Positions 48,080 to 57,951 of a stretch of DNA of 64,000 nt are shown here, piece after piece (the first letter of the stretch is position 1; every line of letters begins with the position of its first letter). The notes beneath the pieces are model-generated. The model was given only the letters and a program-made list of their open reading frames with translations, searched no databases and had not been told where the DNA came from. Origin of the DNA: Leptospira biflexa (GTDB lineage Bacteria > Spirochaetota > Leptospiria > Turneriellales > DYLW01); contig DYLW01000006.1 in NCBI GenBank assembly GCA_020721865.1, positions 22,416-86,415 on the forward strand, read 5' to 3'. The position numbers were made by a program, and so were the translations under genes.

Positions 48080-49435
48080 ATGGCCAATACAAAAAAAGAA
48101 GGGAATAAATATTACTGTTCATTTTGTGGAAAGGAGCAAAATGAAGTAAAACGATTGATTGCCGGCCCGGGGGTGTTCATCTGTGACGAATGCGTGGAGC
48201 TTTGCAATACCATTTTAGATGAAGACCAGAGCTATGATACGGAAACGGAAGCCCTTTCCAACGTTCCCCGCCCCAAAGATATTAAGAAAACCCTGGATGA
48301 GTATATCATTGGGCAGGATGATGCGAAAAAAGCCCTTTCTGTTGCAGTGTATAACCATTATAAACGTATCCAGAATGAACAGAAAAATGCAAAAAATATA
48401 AAAAGGAAAGGGGATGCGGAACACATAACCATTGATAAATCCAATATTCTGCTGATTGGGCCCACCGGTTCCGGAAAAACCCTTCTGGCCCAAACTCTTT
48501 CCAAAGTTGTGAAAGTTCCCATTGCTGTTGTGGATGCAACCGCACTCACAGAAGCCGGCTATGTGGGCGAGGATGTGGAAAACATTCTGCTCCGGCTTTA
48601 CCAGAACGCAGACCAGGATATTGCCCGCACGGAGTTAGGAATTATTTATATTGATGAAATTGATAAAGTGGCCCGCAAAGGGGATAATCCATCCATTACA
48701 CGGGATGTTTCCGGAGAAGGTGTCCAACAAGCGTTATTGAAAATCATTGAAGGGACTCTGGCCAATGTACCGCCATCGGGGGGAAGAAAACACCCCCACC
48801 AGGAATTTCTGACTATCAACACAAAGAATATCCTTTTCATCTGTGGCGGAGCATTTGAGGGGCTGGAGGAAATTATCCAGAAACGAGTGGACCGCTCTGC
48901 CCTGGGGTTTGATTCTACGGCCAAATCCAGAGACAAAAGAAGCCGGCATTCTTATCTGAAAAGTGTCAGCCAGGATGACCTCATGCACTATGGTCTTATT
49001 CCGGAGTTTGTGGGAAGGCTTCCGGTGGTGAAAACCTTGGATACCCTGGATGTGGAGGCTCTGGTGAGAATCCTGACCGAACCCCGGAACTCCCTCATTC
49101 GCCAGTATGAAAAAATCTTTGAGATGGAAAACGTCAAACTGACAGTGGAACCGGATGCCATCCGCAAAATCGCGGAATTATCCATCAAAAGGGAAACCGG
49201 GGCAAGGGGTTTGCGGAGCATCATGGAAGAGGCTATGATGGATTTAATGTATGAAATCCCCTCCATGAAAGGGGTAAAAGAAGTAATTATTCATGAAGGG
49301 GTCATTGCCGCCAAAGAAGAACCCCGGGTTGTTTCCTTTGGGGAATCCAGTGAAGAAGTGAAAAAAAAGGCGGATACTTTCAAAAAGATCAACAAACAGG
49401 ATAAGCCATCCGATAATAATCTATTGATTGGATGA
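48080..49435 (+). CDS. clpX: ATP-dependent Clp protease ATP-binding subunit ClpX
   Basis: Zinc-binding N-terminus CSFCGK...CDECV, Walker A GPTGSGKT, Walker [10 protein letters not shown], and IPEFVGRLP. Confidence 0.97.
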   Translation: MANTKKEGNKYYCSFCGKEQNEVKRLIAGPGVFICDECVELCNTILDEDQSYDTETEALSNVPRPKDIKKTLDEYIIGQDDAKKALSVAVYNHYKRIQNEQKNAKNIKRKGDAEHITIDKSNILLIGPTGSGKTLLAQTLSKVVKVPIAVVDATALTEAGYVGEDVENILLRLYQNADQDIARTELGIIYIDEIDKVARKGDNPSITRDVSGEGVQQALLKIIEGTLANVPPSGGRKHPHQEFLTINTKNILFICGGAFEGLEEIIQKRVDRSALGFDSTAKSRDKRSRHSYLKSVSQDDLMHYGLIPEFVGRLPVVKTLDTLDVEALVRILTEPRNSLIRQYEKIFEMENVKLTVEPDAIRKIAELSIKRETGARGLRSIMEEAMMDLMYEIPSMKGVKEVIIHEGVIAAKEEPRVVSFGESSEEVKKKADTFKKINKQDKPSDNNLLIG

Positions 49436-51888
49436 CCATGAAGACGGTATCGCTGAGAAATGTTAAACCAATAGACGGGCGTTATCCGCTCATACCGTTA
49501 AGAAATACAGTTCTTTTCCCTGGTAATGTCCTTCCTCTATTTGTGGGCAGGGATAAATCCATGGAATCCACCCAAGTGGCCATGCAGAATTCCCGTCTCA
49601 TCGCCTTTTTTTCCCAGAAAGATTCCAAAAATCTGAATCCAACCCAGAATGACCTTTACGAATACGGGGTTCTGGGGGAGATACTCCAGCTTCTGAAAAT
49701 GCCAGACGGAACGCTGAAAATTCTGGTGGAAGGTATCCACCGGATCCAGTTACAGGATCTTCAGGATCTGGGTACCCATTTTGAGGTAACGGTTTCCCAT
49801 ATAAAATCCCAGGAACCGGAAAAGGATTCCCTGCAAGAAAAACTGCTGGATAAGCTGGTGCTGGAAATCGTTGAGTCTTTCCGGGCATATAATCAGCAGA
49901 CCCGCAAAGTATCCGATGATTTTTTTACGGAAATTCTGGAAAAATCCAATCCTTCTTCAGTGATTGACTCTGTTTCCCCGTTTCTGGCCATTCCATTTGC
50001 GGAAAAACAGAAGATACTGGAGACCATTGATATAATAGAAAGAGCAAAAGTTGTAAAAAATTTCACCAATGAACATCTGGAAATGCAAACTCTGGAAAAT
50101 TCCCTGCAGGAAAAAGTGGGTCGCCAGATGGATAATGCCCAGAAAAAGTATTTTCTGAATGAAAAAATTAAAGTAATCAAAGAAGAATTAGGTGAGGACG
50201 ATGAATCTGAATTTAAAGAACTGGAAGCAAAAATTCAAGAAAAGAATCTGCCCCAGGAAATACGGGATAAAGCAGAATCCGAACTCCGTAAACTGAAGAA
50301 GACTCCGCCGTTTTCCATTGAATCCACCATTATCCAGAATTACTTGGACTGGATTGTCCAGCTCCCCTGGAAAGATAAAACAGAAGAAAACGAAGATATT
50401 GCCCATGCTGCCCGGATCCTGGATGACAGCCATTACGGGCTGGAAAAAGTAAAAGAAAGAATTCTGGAATTTATTGCCGTAAAAACGCTTTCTCCGGATT
50501 CCCGTGGCCCCATTCTGTGCTTGGCAGGGCCCCCCGGTGTGGGAAAAACATCCTTGGCCAGATCAGTGGCGGAAAGTCTGAACCGCCCGTTTGTGCGGAT
50601 TTCCCTGGGCGGTGTGCGGGATGAAGCAGAGATCCGGGGACATCGCCGTACCTATATTGGTGCCCTTCCGGGGAGAATTATATCAGCATTAAAAAAAGCA
50701 AAGGCTGCGAATCCCTTGATATTGTTGGATGAAATTGACAAGCTGTCCTCCGACCAACGGGGTAATCCGGCTGCGGCTCTTCTGGAAGTTCTGGATCCGG
50801 AACAAAACCGGGAATTTCTGGATCATTATATGGAGTTGCCGGTGGATTTATCCCAGGTACTATTCCTGACCACAGCAAATGCCGTGCATACAATACCGGA
50901 ACCACTTCTGGACAGGCTGGAGCTGATCCATATTTCCGGATACACAGAAAGAGAAAAAATCAACATCGCCCAGAAGCATATCATTCCAAACCAAATCATA
51001 GAAAATGGTATTCAGGATGTGGTCCTGAAATACAATGAAAAATCCATTGCCTTTATCATACGCCATTATACCAGGGAAGCTGGGGTGCGGCAGCTCCAGA
51101 GGGAATTATCCAAAGTGGCTCGCAAAATTGCCCGAGAATATTTGGAGGAAAAAACTCATAATACCGGCAAGTCCGTAAAATATCTGCTGGATAAAACCAC
51201 CATCGTTCGTTTTCTGGGACGGGAACAATACCAGTATGGAAAAACAGACAAAGGACCATTCATCGGGCGGGTTCACGGACTGGCATGGACTCAATCCGGA
51301 GGAGACATTTTAAATATTGAAGCGGCTCTTTCCTTTGGCAAGGGCAATGTGATGATAACCGGAAACCTGGGGGATGTGATGAAAGAATCTGTCCAGACCT
51401 CCATTGGGTATATCCGCTCCCGTGCACTTTTTTTTGGTCTGCCCAGGGATTTTTTTGAGAAAACCGATTTATTTGTCCACGCCCCGGAAGGTGCCATTCC
51501 CAAAGACGGCCCATCGGCGGGGATATCCATAACTACCGCCATCCTCTCTTCCATCATGCAGCGGGAAATCCATCCGGATATTGCTATGACCGGAGAGATT
51601 ACCCTGACCGGGAAAGTGTTGGCCATTGGGGGGTTGAAAGAAAAAGCTCTGGCCGCGTACCGGGGGGGGATTCAAAAAATCATCATTCCGGAGGACAATC
51701 TCAAGGATATGGACGATGTGCCGGCAGAGGTCAGGGAAAACCTGAAATTTATTCCGGTGCGTACCATGGAAAAAGTTCTGGAAGAAGCCCTTCTGGATGG
51801 CCGGACATTATGGCAGGATGACCGGAAAACCGTATCCTTTTATGATGACCACCTGAAGAGCTTTCCCCAGAATCGGGAAATTCTGTAG
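49432..51888 (+). CDS. lon: Lon protease
   Basis: 818 aa. LON N-domain [13 protein letters not shown], Walker [10 protein letters not shown], and catalytic PKDGPSAGI...K. 4-nt overlap with clpX. Confidence 0.97.
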   Translation: MTMKTVSLRNVKPIDGRYPLIPLRNTVLFPGNVLPLFVGRDKSMESTQVAMQNSRLIAFFSQKDSKNLNPTQNDLYEYGVLGEILQLLKMPDGTLKILVEGIHRIQLQDLQDLGTHFEVTVSHIKSQEPEKDSLQEKLLDKLVLEIVESFRAYNQQTRKVSDDFFTEILEKSNPSSVIDSVSPFLAIPFAEKQKILETIDIIERAKVVKNFTNEHLEMQTLENSLQEKVGRQMDNAQKKYFLNEKIKVIKEELGEDDESEFKELEAKIQEKNLPQEIRDKAESELRKLKKTPPFSIESTIIQNYLDWIVQLPWKDKTEENEDIAHAARILDDSHYGLEKVKERILEFIAVKTLSPDSRGPILCLAGPPGVGKTSLARSVAESLNRPFVRISLGGVRDEAEIRGHRRTYIGALPGRIISALKKAKAANPLILLDEIDKLSSDQRGNPAAALLEVLDPEQNREFLDHYMELPVDLSQVLFLTTANAVHTIPEPLLDRLELIHISGYTEREKINIAQKHIIPNQIIENGIQDVVLKYNEKSIAFIIRHYTREAGVRQLQRELSKVARKIAREYLEEKTHNTGKSVKYLLDKTTIVRFLGREQYQYGKTDKGPFIGRVHGLAWTQSGGDILNIEAALSFGKGNVMITGNLGDVMKESVQTSIGYIRSRALFFGLPRDFFEKTDLFVHAPEGAIPKDGPSAGISITTAILSSIMQREIHPDIAMTGEITLTGKVLAIGGLKEKALAAYRGGIQKIIIPEDNLKDMDDVPAEVRENLKFIPVRTMEKVLEEALLDGRTLWQDDRKTVSFYDDHLKSFPQNREIL

Positions 51889-51895
51889 AAAACAG

Positions 51896-51927
51896 AAAAA
51901 CCCCGGATACGAGAACCGGGGTGTTTT
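51896..51927. terminator. bidirectional intrinsic terminator between lon and the convergent acyl-CoA ligase gene
   Basis: AAAAACCCCGG-atacgagaa-CCGGGGTGTTTT has a GC stem flanked by an A-run and a T-run. Confidence 0.7.
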
Positions 51928-51929
51928 CC

Positions 51930-53798
51930 TTAAATATAAATCCGTTCAATTAAATCTGCGTATTTATTGGCAATAACATTCCGCTTCATTTTAAACAGAT
52001 TGGTCAACTCATCTCCCACTTCCATGGGTTTGGGCAGAAACTGAAATCCTGTGACCTTTTCAAAGGACTTGAATCCATTTTCTGCGGAGATAGTTTTTTT
52101 CAGCACCTTGTGAATTTCTTTCCGGACATCCTCGTTTTTATTCAGATCCTCGCCATCGGAAATGGAAAATCCCGCAGAGCGGAGTTTGTCCACGTCCGGC
52201 CAGATCAGGGCACCCAGGGTTTTTCTGTCCTGTCCCACGACTATGATTTGGTTAATAAAATCGCTTTCCAGAAGCAGGTTTTCAATGGGCACCGGTTCCA
52301 CGTTTTCCCCTCCGGTGAGGACGATGGTTTCTTTGGCACGTCCCCGGATGCTCAGGGTGTTATTGAAACTAATAAAACCCAGATCGCCGGTATTCAGCCA
52401 GCCGTCTTTTAATACCTTGGAAGTTTCCTCCGGATTTTTATAATAACCCCGCATCACTTGTGGACCTTTGACATGGATCACCCCAATATGGCCTTTGGGC
52501 ATTTCTTCTCCTTTATCGTTGAGGATCTTCAACAGCGTTCCCGGAGGAAGATAGCCCACAGACCCCTGGATAACGTGACCCACTTCCCGGACGGCGATGA
52601 TGGGAGCGGTTTCTGTCATGCCATAGCCTTCGTAAATGGGAATCCCAATCGCGTTAAAAAATTCATCCACATGGGCCGGCAGTGCACCGCCCCCGGAAAT
52701 GGTTCCCCGCAGATGCCCCCCCAGAGCCTGCCGAAGTTTTTTGAAAACCACTGCATCGGAGAGGAGAGCCAGACCCAGAAGATTGGAAACAGTGAAAAGG
52801 GAGGTGGCTCCGTTGATTACTTTTGCGGCGATGGGCTCTTCTTCTGTCTGGAGTTTATTTCCCTGGAGATAATCCACACTTCGTTTAAAATTCTTTTTCA
52901 GCTCATAGGCATTGTTGAAAAGAATCTTTTTCATGCCTTCCGCTTTCTCAATCTGGTTTTTAATTCCCTGGTAAATATTTTCCCAGAGACGGGGGGCGGA
53001 AACCATAAATGTGGGTTTGCATTTCTGGAAGTCATCCCGCAGATCCCGGATATTGGTAAAATAGATTTTGGCACCTTTCCGGATGATAGCATAATCCACC
53101 GCTCTTTCAAACACATGCCAAACGGGCAGAATGGACAGCGTCCGGTCTCCATTACGCAGGTCCACCATGGGCGGCACCACTTCCGTGTTATAAATCATAT
53201 TCTGGTGGGTGAGCATTACGCCTTTGGGATTTCCGGTGGTTCCGGACGTATAAATCATGGTGAACAAATCATCTTTGGTAACGGCCTTTTCTCTTTTTTC
53301 CAATTCTGCCGCATAACGGGATTTCAGGGATTTTCCTTTCTCAATCAGATCATAGACATTGAAAACATTTTCTGCGGAAACCAAATCCCCTTTATTCAGG
53401 AGAATCACCTTTTCCACTTTTGTGTTCGGCAGGATTTCCTTGAGTTTATGGTAGGTGGCGGAATTTTCAATATAAACAATTTTAGCTTCACTGTGGTTTA
53501 GAATATATTCTATTTCCCTGGGGGTGCTGTCCGTACCACGCGGAACATCCACTGCCCCATTGAGTTGGACGGCAATATCTGCGATCCACCATTCCAGACG
53601 GTTGTCTGCAAACAGACCAATATTTTCTTTGGGCTGCAGGCCCATGTCCATCAGGGCATATCCCAGATGGGTGGCCATTTCAAATGTCTCACGGAAAGTG
53701 GTGGTTTGGAAATTCTTTTTCTGGTCCTTATCATGGAAGGACATCATCTCCGGATGATTCTCCAGAGTGTAGCGAAATAATTCATTTAATGTCTGCAT
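51930..53798 (-). CDS. AMP-forming long-chain acyl-CoA synthetase
   Basis: 622 aa. The AMP-binding motif is MIYTSGTTGNPKGVMLTH, followed by YGMTET, TGDLG and GRAKE motifs. Confidence 0.9.
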   Translation of the reverse strand: MQTLNELFRYTLENHPEMMSFHDKDQKKNFQTTTFRETFEMATHLGYALMDMGLQPKENIGLFADNRLEWWIADIAVQLNGAVDVPRGTDSTPREIEYILNHSEAKIVYIENSATYHKLKEILPNTKVEKVILLNKGDLVSAENVFNVYDLIEKGKSLKSRYAAELEKREKAVTKDDLFTMIYTSGTTGNPKGVMLTHQNMIYNTEVVPPMVDLRNGDRTLSILPVWHVFERAVDYAIIRKGAKIYFTNIRDLRDDFQKCKPTFMVSAPRLWENIYQGIKNQIEKAEGMKKILFNNAYELKKNFKRSVDYLQGNKLQTEEEPIAAKVINGATSLFTVSNLLGLALLSDAVVFKKLRQALGGHLRGTISGGGALPAHVDEFFNAIGIPIYEGYGMTETAPIIAVREVGHVIQGSVGYLPPGTLLKILNDKGEEMPKGHIGVIHVKGPQVMRGYYKNPEETSKVLKDGWLNTGDLGFISFNNTLSIRGRAKETIVLTGGENVEPVPIENLLLESDFINQIIVVGQDRKTLGALIWPDVDKLRSAGFSISDGEDLNKNEDVRKEIHKVLKKTISAENGFKSFEKVTGFQFLPKPMEVGDELTNLFKMKRNVIANKYADLIERIYI

Positions 53799-53820
53799 TG
53801 TTATTGGCTCCTTTTTAGCG

Positions 53821-53848
53821 TTGACGATTTTTTTTATCGGCTTATAAA
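53821..53848 (+). promoter_or_regulatory. sigma70-like promoter candidate (TTGACG-16-TATAAA)
   Basis: TTGACG at 53821-53826, a 16-nt T-rich spacer, and TATAAA at 53843-53848. It lies about 75 nt upstream of the REC-like/RsbW-like gene. Confidence 0.35.
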
Positions 53849-53924
53849 TGATTCATCAAATGTAAAGAAAGTTTTTTGCAGGGAAAAAATATTGACCCCT
53901 GCGTTAATAGTATAACTGTACACA

Positions 53925-54824
53925 ATGAATCTACCGAACCTGCTGGTTATTGATCCGGAAGCGAATTATAAAAACCAGATGGAAGAGTTATTTCCCGGAA
54001 AAATTGATATTGATTATGTTTCCACCATCAAGGATGCGATGGGAAAATGCTGGGAAAGAAATTACCAGTTGATAATGGTGGAAACGGAGCTTCCAGAACA
54101 TGAGGATGCTTTTGCGTTCATTAAAAAAGTTCGTACCCGGATGCCGGACGTTATGTTCATTATACTTACCAGGGATGGAAAAATGGAGGATGCGGTGGAA
54201 GCCTTCCAGTCCGGGGCCATTGACTTCATTGCCAAACCAGTAAATGTAAAAGATCTACTATCCATTCTCACAAAATTTCAGTCTTTAACCTCCTATGGCA
54301 GAATGGCTTACGATGTCCAGGCCATGGTGGTGGAGGAAAAACGTTCTTTCATATTACCCACGGATTTTGATCTGATCAATATCTTTCTGGATGATTTAAT
54401 GAAAATGATTCAAAATTTTCCTGATTTTGATAAGACAGAAATACGGGGGATGCGGTTCTCCCTTTATGAAATGGTGGTAAACGCCATGGAACACGGGAAT
54501 CTGGAAATCACCTATGAGAAGAAAAAGAATCTTCTGGAAGAATTTATTGATTATTATGACTATCTGGAAGCCAAATCCAGGACAGCCCCTTATAAAGACA
54601 GAAAAGTGTGGTTCACTTACCATTACTTCAATGACCGGGTTTCTTTCACCATTACCGATGAAGGTCCCGGTTTTGATGTTTCCCGGGTACCCAGTCCCAG
54701 GGATGCGGCGAATATCCAAAATCTGAACGGGCGGGGTATTCTGATAACCAAAATCAATATGGATGAAGTGAACTATAACGACCGGGGAAATTCCGTTACT
54801 CTGGTAAAATATCTGAAACGGTAG
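53925..54824 (+). CDS. atypical receiver domain (Asp-to-Glu at the phospho-acceptor site) fused to an RsbW/SpoIIAB-type HATPase Ser/Thr kinase domain
   Basis: 299 aa. The receiver fold retains T (FIILTRDG) and K (FIAKPV), but QLIMVETELPE sits where D-x-x-x-P is expected. The C-terminal half has N-box EMVVNAMEHGN, G1 DEGPGF and NGRGI. Confidence 0.8.
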   Translation: MNLPNLLVIDPEANYKNQMEELFPGKIDIDYVSTIKDAMGKCWERNYQLIMVETELPEHEDAFAFIKKVRTRMPDVMFIILTRDGKMEDAVEAFQSGAIDFIAKPVNVKDLLSILTKFQSLTSYGRMAYDVQAMVVEEKRSFILPTDFDLINIFLDDLMKMIQNFPDFDKTEIRGMRFSLYEMVVNAMEHGNLEITYEKKKNLLEEFIDYYDYLEAKSRTAPYKDRKVWFTYHYFNDRVSFTITDEGPGFDVSRVPSPRDAANIQNLNGRGILITKINMDEVNYNDRGNSVTLVKYLKR

Positions 54825-55671
54825 AAAGGAAGAAAATTATGTTCCCGGCATCGGAAACCGGGGTTTTCACAATAATTCCACGGGAGGAAGATTTCCAGAA
54901 TATGTACTGGTATCCATCCTTTATTGCGGTGATGCCAAGAGTTGCTTCTCTGGTGCCACTGATCCCGATTCTGGATTCTCCGTATTCCGGTGGGTTACTT
55001 TTTTCGATATGGTTTTCCCATACCCGGCGATAAAAATCCTCCAGGGACAAATGCAGCAGTTCCGGATTCAATACCACATAAACCATTCCAGTGGAATTTT
55101 CCATTACCATTGCCATGCGGATGAGCGATTCATTTTCCCGTACAGGATGGGTTTCCAAAAATACCGGGATTTTGCTTTCCAGAGTGAACCCAAAGTCCTC
55201 CGCGATGAGATAATAGCGATTGTTATAAAAAAAATATCCGTGGTTCCATTTCTGATTTTTCTTTCTATACGCGAGGTAGTTTCCATCATGGGCGATTTTC
55301 TGATATATAAAATGGATTTTTTTTCGATGCGATCTGCACTCCAGAGGATTCTGGGTTTTTTCACAGGGAAACCGCACCGCACCGGGAAGAAGGGTGGAAA
55401 GCACACGATAATTCCTCTTTCCCCAGGCTTTCCGGATTACCGGTTCGGCAAAGCGGTAGTTTTCTTCCCGGAGAATAAAAATTTGCGGAAAATATTCCAG
55501 GCAGACATCCATTTCTCCGTTGGGCAGGTAACGGTAATAAATTCCCCATTCTTCTTTTTCATAATCCAGTAGAATGGATTTATCCTTTCCGGGGGATTTG
55601 GGAAGAATAATGCCCCCAAAGAAGGAAAAAAGCCCCAGAAAGAATGAGAGACATATAATATGTATTTTCAT
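54796..55671 (-). CDS. hypothetical secreted protein
   Basis: 291 aa with an N-terminal signal-like MKIHIICLSFFLGLFSFFGG. It is the last gene of the minus-strand run murI-SBP-barrel. Its 3' end overlaps the convergent gene by 29 nt. Confidence 0.6.
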   Translation of the reverse strand: MKIHIICLSFFLGLFSFFGGIILPKSPGKDKSILLDYEKEEWGIYYRYLPNGEMDVCLEYFPQIFILREENYRFAEPVIRKAWGKRNYRVLSTLLPGAVRFPCEKTQNPLECRSHRKKIHFIYQKIAHDGNYLAYRKKNQKWNHGYFFYNNRYYLIAEDFGFTLESKIPVFLETHPVRENESLIRMAMVMENSTGMVYVVLNPELLHLSLEDFYRRVWENHIEKSNPPEYGESRIGISGTREATLGITAIKDGYQYIFWKSSSRGIIVKTPVSDAGNIIFFLSTVSDILPE

Positions 55672-55676
55672 CTTTG

Positions 55677-57005
55677 TTAATACCGGATGGTGGTGCCCAG
55701 CATAATCTCCATTGTGGCAGATTTATCAGAGCAGCCACTCACTCCATGGAATGCTTTCATGGGGAAAAATAATCCGGATTCCAGATAAACCGCCAATTTT
55801 TTATAGAAGACATATTCCGCCCGGAAATCCCATTCTTCCCCCATGATATGGGAGGTATTAAAAGAATGGGTGGATTGAAAATGCAGAAACCTGCTTTCCA
55901 GCCGCAGTTCCCCTTTCAATGCGAAACTTAAAATGAAATCTGCCTTAATCCCAAATCCATATAAACCATACCAGGGTGATTCTCCGGATGCACGGTAGGC
56001 AATTCCACCGGAATCATTGATGAAAATATTGGAGAAACCATGGGAAGCTTTGATTTGCTGGAAAGAATCTATCCCAAACTCATCGGACGCATCTCCGGTG
56101 GCTCCTTCTGAAACAAAGGATATAAGTGTATGGCGGAATTGATGGCCAATGGATGCTTCATACTGAGCAGCAGAAACCACCCGCCGGGGGTTTGGGCGTT
56201 CATCATTTGTGGATAAAATTCCCCAGTTATAGATGCCACCCCACTGGAGATTCCAATTTCCCTGGATCCATTGGTTATGGGTTCCCAGCCAGCAGAGATT
56301 TCCTGTTTTGCGGCTTCCTGGTGCATCCGGATTATATGTTAGGGAATTGTCCATATCTCTTTCATAGATCATATAAAATTCCCCGTTGAGGTTAGGGAGA
56401 TAGTGTATTTTTGTGCCCGCAATATAAATATCATCATCGGAGTAGTTGTTTTTTCCATAGCCCTCCAGATTCTCCTCTCTGGAATTGTCATAAGCTTTTA
56501 TCCAGTACAAATACGGGGCAATTTTACCATTCAGAAATTTATGCTCATATTTTATACCCGCCCCGTCTCTGGCCAGAATATATCCTCCGCTAACGCTAAA
56601 CGGCTGGAGGCCGGCAGAAAGCTGGGATTTCTCTCCCAAATTGACGACAAAAAACACAGATCTGGTTTTCATGGTGACATCATTGTTTCCCAGAGCAGCG
56701 GCCTCCTCCCCGAATATATTAAAAATATCAAAGGTGTAGTTGATAAATAAGCCGGGGAGTACTTTGAGTTCCAGCCGGTTGCGGAAAAACAAATCGGAAT
56801 AGGTTGCCGTTTTTTCTCCGTCCGATGTAAAATCCCCCATTTTTGTTTCCGTGTCCATATACCAGCCCCGGGTACGGAAAAAACCATTCAACCTCAGGTT
56901 TTGAAGATTCTGATCCATGCTTTCTTCCTGTGCATACGAGGCAGAAAATATCCCCAAAACCAAAGAAAGCAGAAAGACAAAATATGTATAATTATTTTTA
57001 TTCAT
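55677..57005 (-). CDS. putative outer-membrane beta-barrel (porin-like) protein
   Basis: 442 aa. Signal peptide with cleavage-like SASYA-QE, an alternating aromatic/polar beta-strand pattern, and a C-terminal aromatic residue (..GTTIRY), as expected for BAM substrates. Confidence 0.65.
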   Translation of the reverse strand: MNKNNYTYFVFLLSLVLGIFSASYAQEESMDQNLQNLRLNGFFRTRGWYMDTETKMGDFTSDGEKTATYSDLFFRNRLELKVLPGLFINYTFDIFNIFGEEAAALGNNDVTMKTRSVFFVVNLGEKSQLSAGLQPFSVSGGYILARDGAGIKYEHKFLNGKIAPYLYWIKAYDNSREENLEGYGKNNYSDDDIYIAGTKIHYLPNLNGEFYMIYERDMDNSLTYNPDAPGSRKTGNLCWLGTHNQWIQGNWNLQWGGIYNWGILSTNDERPNPRRVVSAAQYEASIGHQFRHTLISFVSEGATGDASDEFGIDSFQQIKASHGFSNIFINDSGGIAYRASGESPWYGLYGFGIKADFILSFALKGELRLESRFLHFQSTHSFNTSHIMGEEWDFRAEYVFYKKLAVYLESGLFFPMKAFHGVSGCSDKSATMEIMLGTTIRY

Positions 57006-57900
57006 CCCGCATCCATTCTTCCAGTTTCTCGGTACGCAGAATTTCCTGTATCCAGAAATCCACCGATTGTTTCAATATCAAATCCCCCATGGGCAAGCCC
57101 ACGGAAAGCTCTTCCCGGTATGCTCCACCCTGCAGGAAAAAATACCGGGATTTCCATTCCGGAGTGGTATCGTAAATATATTTTAAAAAAAGGGAATCAT
57201 GAACAAAAACATGGGCTTTGTTACTCATTAGAAGCTGGAGTCCTTCTTCATTGGCATTATATAAAATTACCGTATGCCGGGGGAATTTTTCCCGGATGAG
57301 GGATTCATAAGCGGATCCTTTTTTTACGGCAAAATTCAAATCGGCCAGACGGTTTAAATCCCAGATGGTGCGGAAGGGTTCCTCTTCAAACTCTTCCCCA
57401 AAGCGGGTTTGGGGAATAATCCGGGAATCCGCAAGAGCACCGGGTGTGATGCTCAGATATGGCTGGGAAAACCATATTGTTTTGCCCCGTTCCAGATTAC
57501 GGGAAAACCCCCCAATGACCACATCCACTTTTCTGTTTGTTATGGCCGGGATATAGTCCGGTACATCCAGGGGGATGAATTCCGGTTTTACCCCCAGAAA
57601 ATCCGCAAGGGATTCTCCCATTTTAATTTCCGCTCCATAGTGGACCAGAACACCGTTTTCTTTTCTGGTGTTATTCAGGGGAGGATAAAACCGGGAAATA
57701 CCTATGCGGAGTTTTCCGGAACGCCGGATGGAATCATAAATGTCCCCTATGTCAAAATAAATCTTTTTGTCATCGACATGCGTATTTTTTTCCCGGGGGA
57801 TGTCGCTTTTATTATTTTCCGGGGTGGGGGTTGCGTTAAGAAATCCTGAAAAAACAATAAAGGATATTGCCAGCACGGATATTCTCAGATAGTGAATCAT
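56998..57900 (-). CDS. periplasmic solute-binding protein, family 3 (amino-acid-binding type), without adjacent ABC partners
   Basis: Signal peptide MIHYLRISVLAISFIVFSG, then GKLRIGISRFYPPLN...VDVVIGGFS typical of SBP_bac_3. The ATG at 57900 is preferred over the TTG track start at 57933. 8-nt overlap with the barrel gene. Confidence 0.75.
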   Translation of the reverse strand: MIHYLRISVLAISFIVFSGFLNATPTPENNKSDIPREKNTHVDDKKIYFDIGDIYDSIRRSGKLRIGISRFYPPLNNTRKENGVLVHYGAEIKMGESLADFLGVKPEFIPLDVPDYIPAITNRKVDVVIGGFSRNLERGKTIWFSQPYLSITPGALADSRIIPQTRFGEEFEEEPFRTIWDLNRLADLNFAVKKGSAYESLIREKFPRHTVILYNANEEGLQLLMSNKAHVFVHDSLFLKYIYDTTPEWKSRYFFLQGGAYREELSVGLPMGDLILKQSVDFWIQEILRTEKLEEWMRDE

Positions 57901-57951
57901 GCTCTTTTTTTTTCCGGGAAAGCAAACTGACAACCTTTTTTCCCGGAGATA

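Noticed and set aside
52458-53501. 347-aa plus-strand ORF opposite the acyl-CoA synthetase gene.
   Set aside because: The minus strand carries canonical AMP-binding motifs (TSGTTGNPKG, YGMTET). The plus frame is Gly/Phe/His-rich with no motifs.
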